A DNA stretch of 64,000 bases from Eledone cirrhosa. Taxonomy: Eukaryota. Under the pieces are notes generated by a model that was given only the letters and a program-made list of their open reading frames with translations, searched no databases and had not been told where the DNA came from. Both the position numbers and the translations under genes were made by a program. Of the stretch, positions 43,111 to 56,504 are shown one piece after another (the first letter of the stretch is position 1; the number at the start of each line of letters is the position of its first letter). The stretch spans positions 26,722,001-26,786,000 of the forward strand of contig OZ024751.1 of the NCBI GenBank assembly GCA_964016885.1, in the 5' to 3' direction.

Positions 43111-43871
43111 AAGTTATGCACATATACATACACACAGAAACATACATGAAACCAATAAGACACGTTAACCGTAGAAAGCGCCACCTTTCGTCAAATTGTA
43201 TCCATTTTCTAATCATAATAACATCGAGGAATATTCATAAAAAGATTGCTATAAAAATATTTCAGACATGGTAAATAGAATTTTTAAAAATAGAATCGAA
43301 AGGTGCCAGGTGAGAAAGTAAGTTCCCTCTGCACTGAGGTACCTCATCTTAAGAACTGATAACATGGGCGCCTATATCCCTGACTATGTCTAATCTCGTC
43401 AGATAAGTTGGGCCGACATCTAACAGGCAACATACAACAACAGCTCTCTCAACCATTAAATATTTGCTAGAAGGTAGCTTCGTTGATGATATGATAATGT
43501 CTGCCAGATAGAATCTATCTTGACTACTTCCTTCTTTTTCTTCTTCTTCTTCGTGTAATGGCGATTTCATTCAGTCCAATGGTGAAACGGTGAATTACAT
43601 TCAACGTAATCTCCTCACATCACCGACCACACGAAATTCAATGATGAGTTGTACCTATGTATGTGAGTATATATACATACATATATATGTGTATATATAT
43701 GTATATATATATATATATATTTATTTATATACACATACACGCACACACTCATATATATATATAAATACACACACACATATATATATATGAATATATATAT
43801 ATATATATATACAGGCAGGGGATAAGGCAATATGGTGCGGAAAGAGACCTCCGATAGCAGACATGTCTATC

Positions 43872-43956
<85 letters not shown>

Positions 43957-43965
43957 CTGATCCTA

Positions 43966-44280
43966 CCATACGAATGAAACAGTTCTAGTCCTGTAGAAGC
44001 CACTTCTGTATTAAATAATTGTTTCTATTTTAGGCACAAGGCCAGCAATTACCCAGTGCATTACTGGTACTTTATTTTATCGACCCCGTAAGGATGAAAG
44101 GCAAAGTTAACCTCGGCGGGATTTGAACTCAGAATGGAAAGGGCCGTAACTCTATGCGTTAAAGCATGGTGTCCGACCCTTTACCGATACTGCCAGTCCA
44201 CCAATGATGTCTACACTCTACCAATGTATTGAGTACCTTTTTAACAGTAGTTAACCCAATTTGACTCGGGATTTACACAT
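43966..44280 (+). mobile_element. Family alpha element interrupted by a SINE
   Basis: gaatgaaacagttctagtcctgtagaag before the SINE and actctaccaatgtattgagtacc...tgactcggga after it. Confidence 0.72.
44014..44202 (-). mobile_element. SINE family A, full length
   Basis: Reverse complement of 26890-27082. Confidence 0.9.
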
Positions 44281-44284
44281 CCAG

Positions 44285-44323
<39 letters not shown>

Positions 44324-44327
44324 CACC

Positions 44328-44431
<104 letters not shown>

Positions 44432-44766
44432 TACAATAACAGTACTTAGATTTATCCCGCACTATAATAATGCACTATAAACCACAACACGCACACATAC
44501 CCCCCATACACACACACATACAGACACACAGACAGACAGACAGACAGACACACACACATACACAGACACACACACACACACACAGACACACACACACAGC
44601 TATTTTATCGCACCCAATGGAATTCAGTGTTCATGTCATATCTAATAATTGCTGTTGTTGTGGAGCACATTTGACCCACTTTCTTTTTTTTATCTTTGGT
44701 CGTTGTTATTGTTGTTGTTGTTGGTATTGACATTATTGTTATTTATTGCACCTCTTTCTTTCTTTT

Positions 44767-44797
<31 letters not shown>

Positions 44798-44883
44798 CTA
44801 AAGTTGACTGAGTAAATAACAGTTTAGTTTCGTACAAACTGCCACCCGACACACCTCCTTCATCATATATATATATATATATA

Positions 44884-44992
<109 letters not shown>

Positions 44993-45174
44993 GAGTGTGG
45001 GTGCGTGTATGTATTTACATTTACATATTTGATACAAGATTACTGTAAACATATGTAATACACACACACACACACACACATATACATATACATATATATA
45101 GATGTGTGTGTATGTATGTATGTAGGCATATGTGGCCCTTTGCCCTGTGGCTGGAGGAACCAGATGACCAAATG

Positions 45175-45222
<48 letters not shown>

Positions 45223-46194
45223 CACATACTTCATATATGTATTCTACATACATACATAGAAACATTCATATATGTTTTATATAAACATATATACATATAT
45301 GCACTACTAGCGACAGTACCTGGTAACACCCGGGAAAGGTAGGGTTATTCCCAGTTCCCAGAGTACGCCTGAAAATGCTAGCGACCCTGGGTGCCCATAC
45401 TGGATTTTCAACAGCCATTATTGCTAGGTGTATTTATGGTAGATCAATTTTTTGTGTGGAACTATCAATAGCTGTTTAAGTCATAAGTCCTTCCATCCAG
45501 CTTTCTTCATCCAGAGTGAATTAGCCGGGGAAGTTTGAGCTTGAAGAGTATCGAACTTATTCAACTTATTATGTATAAGAATAGCAAACTTACTGCTTTA
45601 ACGCTCAAGAACAAACACAGAACAATTGAGGAAGTCATCGCAATTACTGAAGAAATTATAACCGAGTGAACATAATCAGGTACTGTTAAAGCACCCTGTA
45701 TATCACCGCTTGTAAAACCCTTTGAATGACTGAAGCAATTCAATAAAACCACCCCGTTTTTCCCCTATAGTAGACATAACCCGAGGAAACACACCATAAT
45801 AAGTCGGATAAACAATCAGAAGTGTTGGCCCTAAAGAGGCCCTTGTAACGTTCACTGTTGCAAAGTGTCAATAATGGGGGAGAAGTTACATCTTCTTAAT
45901 TCGTGTTAATCTTCCCACGATCCGACACCTCGAAATATCGACAAAATAAACTCTGTTACAATTAACATGCCGGAAGTACGAATATTCGTGGTAATCTCAC
46001 GGTAAGCCAACTTCCAGATCATTGATTATCACACTTTTTTGTAACTTATCACCGATTGCTGCTGTTGACTTTAATGTGACCTAAGCGCGTGTACATGTTC
46101 AGAATCCATATCAGTGGATGTGATATATATACAGGCATCTGTTCAGCCGTCAACCAAAATTATATATATATGAAAAGATTCAGGACTTGAATAT

Positions 46195-46283
46195 TTTCCT
46201 ATTACCCACTCTACTACCCCAAGTATTGAGTACTCTGGGGGGTTGTAGCCCACCTGGTATCTTACCACACCCTCTTTGTTGTT
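46195..46283 (+). mobile_element. Family gamma 3' fragment
   Basis: ttcctattacccactctactaccccaagtattgagtactctgg matches 47759-47801. Confidence 0.7.
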
Positions 46284-46324
46284 ATATATTATATTATATT
46301 ATATTATATTATATTATATTAACA

Positions 46325-46410
46325 TTTCATCCTTACGGGGTCGATAAAATAAAGTACCAGTAATGCACTGGGTAATTGCTGGCCTTGTGCCTAAAGTAGA
46401 AACAATTATA
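46325..46410 (+). mobile_element. SINE family A, 3' fragment
   Basis: tttcatccttacggggtcgataaaataaagtaccagtaatgcactgggtaattgctggcc. Confidence 0.85.
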
Positions 46411-46573
46411 TTATATTAACATTGATATTGCCTCTAATGAACGAAGAAGAATTAATAATCCTCACTTGAGGGCGGCCGACCAGACTAGAAACTGCTAAAT
46501 GTTCGGCCGCCCTCCTGTCTCTGCTTTTCAGCCCCATGGATTGTGTTTATTATATTCCTTTGTTAAATTTCGA

Positions 46574-46631
46574 ATACCTGATGATGTCACCGGATTCATA
46601 CTGAACCCGGTCATTGAAATGTTCATAGTAT
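46574..46631 (+). ncRNA. Type-I hammerhead motif
   Basis: atac-CTGATGA-tgtc-accgg...ccggt-catt-GAAA-tgttcATA|gtat: stem I atac/gtat, stem III AUG/CAU, intact core. Confidence 0.65.
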
Positions 46632-46938
46632 AATAAACATTTAAAGGATTTACACCAGTCCAGCCTCCTGTTATTTTATAATAATTAACTCCGTACTCGC
46701 ACCACCAACAACAATTCAAACGAAGACGGGTGAGTTGCATTACGCTGAGTGCTCTCCATAATATTACATCGAGGTTGACCATACGGAATGACCAGTTCTA
46801 TCCAGTGGTGAACCAACAAACCTAAATGTATATATATATATATAAGTTATATTTGGGGAGGGTCATATTGTTATAATGTTGGCAGAAATTATTATAAAAC
46901 ACACTCACTGTTTGGTTTGGATTAGTTTTCGCTTCTGT

Positions 46939-47003
<65 letters not shown>

Positions 47004-47058
47004 AATATATAAACATATAGTCATACTCTTAAATTACTAAATGATTGCGTGACACAAT

Positions 47059-47151
<93 letters not shown>

Positions 47152-47337
47152 ATGTGTGTGTGTGTGTGTGTGATATATATGTATGAGTATGTGTGTCTAT
47201 TAAATTATGAGTATATAATAAAAAATGTAAATTGAAAATACCAGAGTCATGAACACGCACACACAAATACATTTATATTTACCATCACACTCACACACAC
47301 ACACAGACGTACACACAAGCGCGTATATGACATTGTG

Positions 47338-47398
<61 letters not shown>

Positions 47399-47558
47399 AG
47401 TAACAAGGGTGAAGATTGATGTATATGTACGAAGGATTTCTTTAATGTACCGTGGAAACCTCATGGTTCATGATTTCTGTCAGCACACCGTGCTAAATAT
47501 ATGTATACACACACACATATATATATATATACATGTATATATATATGTATATATATAA

Positions 47559-47650
<92 letters not shown>

Positions 47651-47653
<3 letters not shown>

Positions 47654-47841
47654 AAAAAGTATGACCCCGACGGCAGAGCTCAAGCCGTTTCGTTGGCTAT
47701 TTCTGGACCAGAAATAGCCGTCGAAAAGGCTTGAGCTCTGCCGTCGGGGTCATACTTTTTCCTATTTCCCACTCTACTACCCTAAGTATTGAGTACTCTG
47801 GTGCGTTATGGTCCATCTGGTTCCTTACCACAATTCCTTTG

Positions 47842-47843
<2 letters not shown>
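47651..47843 (+). mobile_element. Family gamma element with 56-bp fold-back arms, in (TA)n
   Basis: Palindrome 47651-47763 centred at 47707; siblings at 53394, 58320 and 46195. Confidence 0.82.
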
Positions 47844-47899
<56 letters not shown>

Positions 47900-48205
47900 G
47901 TACATATATATGTACATATATATATATTTATATATTTATACATATATATATATATATGTACACACATATATATATATATATATGTACATATATATATATA
48001 TACATATATATATATGTACACATATATATATATATAAATGTACATATATATATGCACATATATTTATATGTGTAAGTGTGTGTACGCATGTTTGTATATA
48101 TAATTCATAGTTGATTCACCTAATATTGGACGACGAATATGTTTATATATCTTAAATAAATATTAAATCAAAACGTGTGTATATATATGTATATATGTGT
48201 GAATG

Positions 48206-48260
<55 letters not shown>

Positions 48261-48366
48261 GCAAACACACACACACACATATATATTTATATTCATACAT
48301 ATATAAATATGCTTATCTCTCGCTCACTCTCTCTATATATATGCATTTAGATATATGTGTGTATAT

Positions 48367-48479
<113 letters not shown>

Positions 48480-48488
48480 AATATATAA

Positions 48489-48573
<85 letters not shown>

Positions 48574-48586
48574 TATAAATATATAA

Positions 48587-48679
<93 letters not shown>

Positions 48680-49159
48680 TATATGGTGTTTGCTTTGTTA
48701 TTAAATAATTGAAATGTTTTGTTCAAATGAGGTCAGGTATCCAATCTAGGTGGTAGGTACACCCCTACCTCCACCCGGAATAGATTGACACATGTTTGTT
48801 GGAATTTGGCTTTCAATTGATTTATTTACACCAGGTTGTTAGCAGATATCAAGGTGAGCCTTATCAGCGTTCCACCAAGACTAGTCTGTCATCTCGTACT
48901 TGATAACCCCTTCTTCGCTACATTGTCTATGTTTTAGTATGTACGTAGCAATTTTAAGGGGTGTGTCATGTTTAGAGAAATCGATTTAAAGAAAAACAGT
49001 AGAGTCGGGGAACTAGAAATGCCTGTCTTCTCCCCATTCCTATATTTGTCTCATCCAGTAATCTGCCACCCTAATGCCAAGTTAGTTTCTTCCGTGGTTA
49101 TATCGTTAACGCTTCGCAGATATTATTTATAATAGCCCCCAATGTAAAGGACAAAGACC

Positions 49160-49395
49160 AGACCCCCTTCGGTCACGAATGACCATGTCTGTTGTCCATA
49201 GAAAGTTCGTCTCCGAGGCGCAGTCGTCATCAATGTTGTCAAAGTTCCGATATAGCTTGGTACATGTGACATAGCAACTCATTCTTTCAGCAGAATGAAC
49301 TGGAGCTACGTGAAATAAAGTGTCTTGCTCAAGGACACAACGCACCACCCAGTCAGGGAATCGAACTTCCAACCTCACGATTTTGAGTCCTCACA
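49160..49395 (-). mobile_element. SINE family B-related copy
   Basis: Plus strand acgtgaaataaagtgtcttgctcaaggacacaacgc...gggaatcgaac. Confidence 0.8.
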
Positions 49396-49861
49396 CCTTC
49401 ACATATGTACCACAAATGCAACTGTTTTATTCCCCATTTATATTCTTCCGCAATTATATTCTTCCTTCTCTCTCTGGTTCTCTATAACAGTCGCCTCGCC
49501 ACCCAAAGAGCGACTCTACCCCTACCTTGGATCAATACCTGTCATTCGGCTAGCTGTTCTGCTTTTCTTTCTCAGATCTACCACCTACCAGATGTCTTTC
49601 TGAGATTACCACATAAAGATGTCGTTCTGAGATCTACCCCCCAAATAGATGTCTTTCTCTACACCCCCACATATTGCATTTTTCTCTTTCTTATTCTACT
49701 CTAATATATTTCCCACCCTCCCTCAAACATTACATACTTTTCTCGTGTAGACCGCAGCATCATAATAGTCCCTGCTATTGTTCTCTTCGTCTGGCCCCGT
49801 CTTGTCAAAAGGTCCTAATATATTATGTTATTGTCCTGCCTCCAAAGAATTATCTTATTCA

Positions 49862-50047
49862 GGCGGTGGATTGGCAGTATCGGTAGAGGGTCGGACATGC
49901 TTTTCAGCATAGTTACGTCCCTTTACGATCTGAGTTCAAATCCTGCCGAGGTTAACTTTGCCTTTCATCCTTACGGGGTCGATAAAATAAAGTACCAGTA
50001 ATGTACTGCGTAATTGCTGGCCTTGTGCCTAAAATAGAAACAATTAT
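49862..50047 (+). mobile_element. SINE family A, full length, with 13-bp TSD
   Basis: aattatcttattc at 49848-49860 and 50042-50054. Confidence 0.9.
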
Positions 50048-50201
50048 CTTATTCCACGATTCTTTTGTAGTTTGAATACTACAGACTCTACCGGAGTTAA
50101 GTGATCCTAGCTGAAGATTATGAAAAGTAGAAACAATTATTATGGTAACTTGCGTTGGGATGCACACATTTCAAATTTAATATTTTGGCATTCCCTCAAC
50201 C

Positions 50202-50268
<67 letters not shown>

Positions 50269-50638
50269 CCATAGAAAGGACCAAGAAAAATATGTACTCT
50301 AGATGGAATACAAAAAGTTCCCTATAGCGCTATTTTGTGTTGTGTAAACTATAAAATCGATCTATGTTATCGGTTATCGATCACAAACTATCGATTATGA
50401 TTAAGATATGGGAGACTGTCAACACTCGTCACGGAAAGTCTCGGCAATCTACTGGAAAGAATATCGATGAAAAAATAGTATATAAAACAATATACGTGTC
50501 TATATCCATATAAAATACAAGGATCTCTCTCTCTATATATATATCCTTTATACTTGAACTATCGTGGCTCTGGACAACCTCTATTGACATGCACAAAAAT
50601 CAAACATATATTTGTTATACCTTGATTCCTCATATTTG

Positions 50639-50690
<52 letters not shown>

Positions 50691-50701
50691 TATATATATA
50701 C

Positions 50702-50791
<90 letters not shown>

Positions 50792-51123
50792 GTGTGCGTG
50801 TGTGTGCGTGTATGGTTACGACGTCCAGTCCTATTTGTATCTGCCCTGATAGCTGAAACTTTTTTTAACACCAGACAGATATAAAGGTACAGTGAGGGAC
50901 ATTTCTAAAAACGATTCCTCTATCGATTAATTCATGTCTTCCGTAGCTCTACTAAAATCAATAGTTGGTAATCGATAATTGATTACTTAGATTGACTTTT
51001 TCTCCGGTTTCTGAACTATGAAACGGCACCGAAAGGAAAATAATGCCTCTTCCATCTTAAAGTATGTACTGTTTCCTGGATATAATAAGCTTTTTGAGTA
51101 CAAAATACTGTTTCTCAAACGAT

Positions 51124-51364
51124 ATACAGTTTAACCCCGGCATTTACGGAATTTTCCTTAGAACCTAACTAATAATTGTTTGTGGAAACTACCGCATATC
51201 GCAGGGTTACGTTCATAGATCACACGCGAGAATAGTTTTAAAAAGCGTGAAAAAGTATATATTGCCACAAATATTCGTGGCAATATATACTTTTTCACGC
51301 TTTTTAAAACTATTCGCGCGTGTTCTATGAACGTAACCCTGCGAATACCAGGGGACAACTGTAT
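51124..51364. mobile_element. Tigger/pogo-like MITE (Tc1/mariner superfamily), palindromic
   Basis: ~70-bp arms across 51199-51344; right terminus reads TA-CAGTTGTCCCCTGGTATTCGCAGGGTTACGTTC on the minus strand; TA-CAGTT also at 51125. Confidence 0.7.
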
Positions 51365-51887
51365 ATATAAATACACATACACACATATATATATAAACAG
51401 TCACACGCCTACCAGTACATAGACAAATAGCTAGATATACTAGAGAGAGCAGACAGGAGAGGTGATGTCGTTAATCCTTGCTTTCACAACGTTCTCCGCC
51501 CTATCAACATATTCTTTTATCTATCTCTCTTTTGTGCACTTCTCTAAAGTTGTCCCTATACAGTGAAACACCTCACTATTTACCTGTCTTTTGCCTTGTT
51601 TAACAGCCTCCACTGTATCATACACCTTCCAGTCGAACCACCACCACCACCACCGGCACCAGACTCCATTCCACCACCACCACCACCCCTATCACCAACA
51701 CCAACACCACCACCACGCCTTCGATCTGCTCAGTTAACATTAAACAAGTAATATTTTGTCGTTGAACAGTTGAAAGAGAACTTAAGTAAACATGAACATA
51801 CTATACCAAAATCTTGTTTTATTTATTTTACTGGCTTTTCAAATGTTTATTTATTCATTTATTTATTCAACTTTTTTTTACCATAAA

Positions 51888-51920
<33 letters not shown>

Positions 51921-52569
51921 TTTCTTTGGATATATTATCTGCTTTTCAGTGTCTGGAAGACCGGAAGAGTGTTTGTTAAACGGCGCCAGTTTGGTCTGGA
52001 ATTGCTGCTGTTGCGCTGCTAACTGGTGTTACTACTAATTCCTTATGGTGTTAAATACAGATACGTTTAACTCTTTGATGCTGTCTCTTTCACCTGCTGA
52101 ACGTCTTGCTAACAACTCTAACACGTTGCTAATTCATAATACAAACACAGCCAACCGCATCCTTTTCGTGCCGGTCACAACCGGGTCCTCTGATGTCCTC
52201 TAGCCCCAGACTGTCATTTCCTCCACAAAATCGGAGGGGAGGGCCATCCCAACTAGTGGAGGATCCCTGTGCAGTGAAATGGCTGATGCAGTGAGTGATG
52301 CTGGCTGTCGCAGCGTGAATTAGAATAAAGGCCTTGACCAACCCATTGCGTATATTTCAGCTGTGTACATGCTACAGCTAACCCAGCAGTATTTCCTGCT
52401 CCCGGTAGATAAGTTGGCGAAGGTGTTACCGTCGCCATTGGCGAGTGAAAACTGCTGAAAGAGTCATAACCAGCTTAAAGAGTTCTTTGTTAGGGAAGTC
52501 CACGGCTACCCCGATGGAATACCGTTATAACAGATGCCAGCTGACAGTGAGGCCTTACTTCAAGTATGT

Positions 52570-52720
52570 GAAAGCACGTGACTTAGTGACTAGGGTATTC
52601 GGTTTACAATCGTAAGGTCGGGAGTTCGATTTCCGGCGGCACATTGTGTCCTTGAACAAGACACTTTATTTCACGTTGTTCCACGCACTCAAAAATGAGG
52701 TGTATCTGTAATCCAAAGGA
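52570..52720 (+). mobile_element. SINE family B, 5' part
   Basis: tgacttagtgactaggg...ggagttcgatttcc...gtccttgaacaagacactttatttcacgtt. Confidence 0.8.
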
Positions 52721-52957
52721 AAGAACTTTGCTAGACTATATATATATGTGTGTTTATATGTGTATTTTTAACCATTGGTCAATCAATGATAAACGTTGAT
52801 TACTAAATAATTTAACTATGGAGATATAAAAGATACAGAAGCGAAAACTAACCAAACAGTGTTTTCTGTTATTATTCTGGCAATATTATTACAACAATAT
52901 GACCCTCCCCAAGTATAACAATATTTGTTTCGACACACGATTTCATATAAAAAAACC

Positions 52958-53058
<101 letters not shown>

Positions 53059-53081
53059 TTGCATTTCTCTCTATATATATC

Positions 53082-53320
53082 TGGAGGCACGTGGCCTAGT
53101 GGTAACGAGTTCGAACCCTGGGCTGCGTGTTGTGTTCTTGAGCAAAACACTTCCTTTCACGTTGCTGCAGTATACTCAGCTGAAAATGAGTACCAGAAAT
53201 AGCTGGGGTTTTAACCTTAAGATGGACTGGCGTCCTGTCCAGGGGGAGTCTTGTACTCTCAGTCACTTCACGCTATGAAATCGGGATAAGCACCGGCCAA
53301 ATGAGCCTACTGGCTTAAGA
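53082..53320 (+). mobile_element. SINE family B-related copy
   Basis: ggaggcacgtggcctagtggtaacgagttcgaacc...ttgagcaaaacactt...gatggactggcgtcctgtccagggggag. Confidence 0.8.
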
Positions 53321-53332
53321 CAGATCTTAGAA

Positions 53333-53393
<61 letters not shown>

Positions 53394-53395
<2 letters not shown>

Positions 53396-53524
53396 CGAAG
53401 GAAATGTAGTAAGGAACCAGACGGACCATAACGCACCAAAGTACTCAATACTTAGGGTAGTATTAGTGAGTCCAGAATTAGCCGTCGAAACGGCTTGAGC
53501 TCAGCCGTCGGGGTTCTACTCGTT

Positions 53525-53528
<4 letters not shown>
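53394..53528. mobile_element. Family gamma element with internal inversion; carries the 3' half of an HHR
   Basis: 53394-53462 is antisense; 53470-53528 is sense and contains GAAA-cggct-tgagctc-agccGTC|gggg. Confidence 0.75.
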
Positions 53529-53590
<62 letters not shown>

Positions 53591-53593
<3 letters not shown>

Positions 53594-53860
53594 AGGAGGT
53601 TATAGTTCACTTGAAGCATTGTGTAATGAGGTATAAACGTTTGTATATGTATAATAAAACCAAAACAATGCAGGTATGGACATAGAATAAAGAATGCAAA
53701 TGCAAAAGATATTGTTGACAACTTGTCTTTTACCTTAGATTTATTTAAATGTACTTAATTTTCGAGATAATCTCTCTTCTTCGGATTTACATTTGCATTC
53801 TTTATTCTATGTCCATACCTGCATTGTTTTGGCTTTATTATACATATACAAACGTTTATA
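53591..53860. mobile_element. Family beta element with ~70-bp inverted duplication
   Basis: 53633-53702 is reverse-complementary to 53789-53858. Confidence 0.78.
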
Positions 53861-53868
53861 TATATATT

Positions 53869-53899
<31 letters not shown>

Positions 53900-54420
53900 T
53901 ATATACGAGGTACACGGCAGCAGTGTGTCTGGAACATAGGACGACGTTATTTCGAAACAAACCTGTTAACCTCATGACTCTACAGATACAAGACAACACA
54001 GACACACACCAACATAAGAAAGACACGGGTTACCTACCCTGAACCCATCTAACCACTAAACACCGACCATCATTGTTGTGTTGTTGGGTCATTTAGTCCA
54101 AATTAATGTTAATATCTCGGTCGCTCACCAGCTCACCCCCTCGCCCTCTTTATCTCACTCCGCCTCCCTATCTATCTGTCTGTCTGTCTATTTACCTGTC
54201 TAGCTATCTGTCTGTCTGTCTATTTACCTGTCTAGCTATCTGTCTGTCTCGTGTTTATCTATTTTTTTTATATTTATCTATCGTACTTGATGTATCTCTA
54301 TTCTTGTTCAAACAACACATACCTATCTACATATAGATACATATAAATATATGTATAGAATATATATATATATATATATATATGGTGTGTGTGTGTGTGT
54401 GTGTGTATGTATATGTATGC

Positions 54421-54543
<123 letters not shown>

Positions 54544-54723
54544 AGTATATATATTTAAATATATATATACTGTATATATCTATATCTATCTGTACATATT
54601 TATATATATATATATACATACATACACACAGACATATATATATATATATACACATACATACATGCCTATATACATGCATATATATGTATATACCTACATG
54701 CATACAAACATACATAAATACAT

Positions 54724-54760
<37 letters not shown>

Positions 54761-54761
54761 A

Positions 54762-54821
<60 letters not shown>

Positions 54822-55179
54822 AATAGGGACAAAGATATATATACATATATACACATATAAGAACATAACATGCATAACTTCTTTGATAATGTATGATTTA
54901 TTGCATAACACCTGTAATAATAATAATGATGATGATGATGATGATGATGATGACAGCAATATCTACCTTTGATTAAAATAATTATTAATCATGACGAGAA
55001 TTCCAATGTTGATTGCATCATAAAACAGAAAAGTATTTATGTCAAAATAGAATATGTATGTATGTATGTGTTTATGGTTGTGGGGGAGGGGCATTCAGTT
55101 TCACCCCCCTAGAAAGGTGTTGTGACAACAATTAGGGGCATTTCACTCCCAGGTGTAAAACTGGTTTTATTGTGGCTGG

Positions 55180-55300
55180 CTGGGAGATAAAAGCTCTTGA
55201 AAGAGGAACTTGGCGTGGAATGGTGAACGATGGGGTCCATAATTTTGTGGACAGACGCATAGAGCACGAGAAGATAAAACGGGATGTGGGTAAGCAAAGC
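55180..55300 (+). mobile_element. RTE (BovB-like) LINE ORF C-terminal fragment
   Basis: WEIKALERGTWRGMVNDGVHNFVDRRIEHEKIKR fits the RTE WE..A.DR..WR..V..G...FE..R......KR pattern. Confidence 0.65.
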
Positions 55301-55427
55301 CCTGGTGTATCTCTTGAAATTATCGGTGTCTCCATTGAATTGAAGCAATACTTTTAGCGTGAGTTTATGTATATATGTATGTATATATACATACGTATGT
55401 ATGTATGTATGTATGTATGTATGTATG

Positions 55428-55552
55428 TTTTCTCTTTCTCTTAATTTCGAGTATATTTTTTTGACCGGCCACCTTCCTGGTGGCAAGGTTGTAAAAGAAA
55501 AGAAATTGTCATCCCTTGAATCGCAAGAATGTTTTGCATATTTTGAAGGTGC
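55428..55552 (-). mobile_element. R4/Dong-clade 3'-terminal fragment
   Basis: Near-identical to 24435-24556; followed by (CATA)n. Confidence 0.88.
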
Positions 55553-55582
55553 ATATTTTGCATATTTTGTATGTATATATAT

Positions 55583-55616
<34 letters not shown>

Positions 55617-55698
55617 GTATATATATATGTATGTATATATATGTATATATATGTATATATATGTGTATATATATATGTATGTATATATATGTATATTT

Positions 55699-55819
55699 GT
55701 ACCTGAGTTTTCAAGTCGCTGGCTGGACTAAAAGGTCACACTCGTTCAGCGCATCGGTAGGGGTTCTCCTACATGGATATAAAGTAGTGGCCGTACTCGA
55801 AAACGAGTTGGCAGCCACC
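55699..55819 (-). mobile_element. Second copy of the structured ~120-bp repeat
   Basis: Reverse complement of 41244-41364. Confidence 0.7.
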
Positions 55820-55852
55820 ATGTATGTATGTATGTATGTACGTATGTATGTA

Positions 55853-56500
55853 TATCTCTCTTTCTCTTAACTTCGAGTACATTTGTGACCGGCCACCTTC
55901 GTGGTGACAAGGTTGTAAAAGAAAAGAAATTGTCATCCCTTGAATCGCAAGAATGTTTTGCAAATTTTGAAGGTACCAGCTATCGCAGCCATTTGTAGTC
56001 TATGAATTAGGGAGCTGTGGTCTTTGTCCACAAATCCAAGTTCCGTTATACTTTTGTCGAAGCTGGTTGGTATATAACCTGTAGCTCCAATAATGATGGG
56101 TATGAAGCTGAATGTGTATCTTGGACACTAGATCTGCAAACTCCTCATCAATGGCCCGTAGATGTCCTCCTCCTATATTTTTCTTACGAAGTTGACATCA
56201 AGTGGGCAGCTGATCTCCACAACAGAACACATTTTCAATGTGTGGTCCCAAACAACAAAATCAGGCCGGTTGTGCCTTAACTTGGTGGCAGTTTTATTTT
56301 CAGATTCCACTAGTATTCTTTAGTGCCATCTATCTCAACATATTCCTCCACATTTGTTTTTAATTTCGTTTTCCTAAGTGCGCTCCAGATGGTTCAAGCT
56401 ATCACATCGTGTCTCATAGGGAGGTAGTAGCAAGATGACATTCTTTCACAGTTGGCAATAAAGTGACTAACATCTTAGACATCATAAACAGTCTATCGCA
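55853..56500 (-). mobile_element. R4/Dong-clade 3' segment (zinc-knuckle end plus REL domain), decayed
   Basis: DVSHFIANCERMSSCYYLPMRHDVIA..WNLKIKTATKLRHNRPD; aligns with 24433-25000. Confidence 0.88.
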
Positions 56501-56504
56501 GCTT

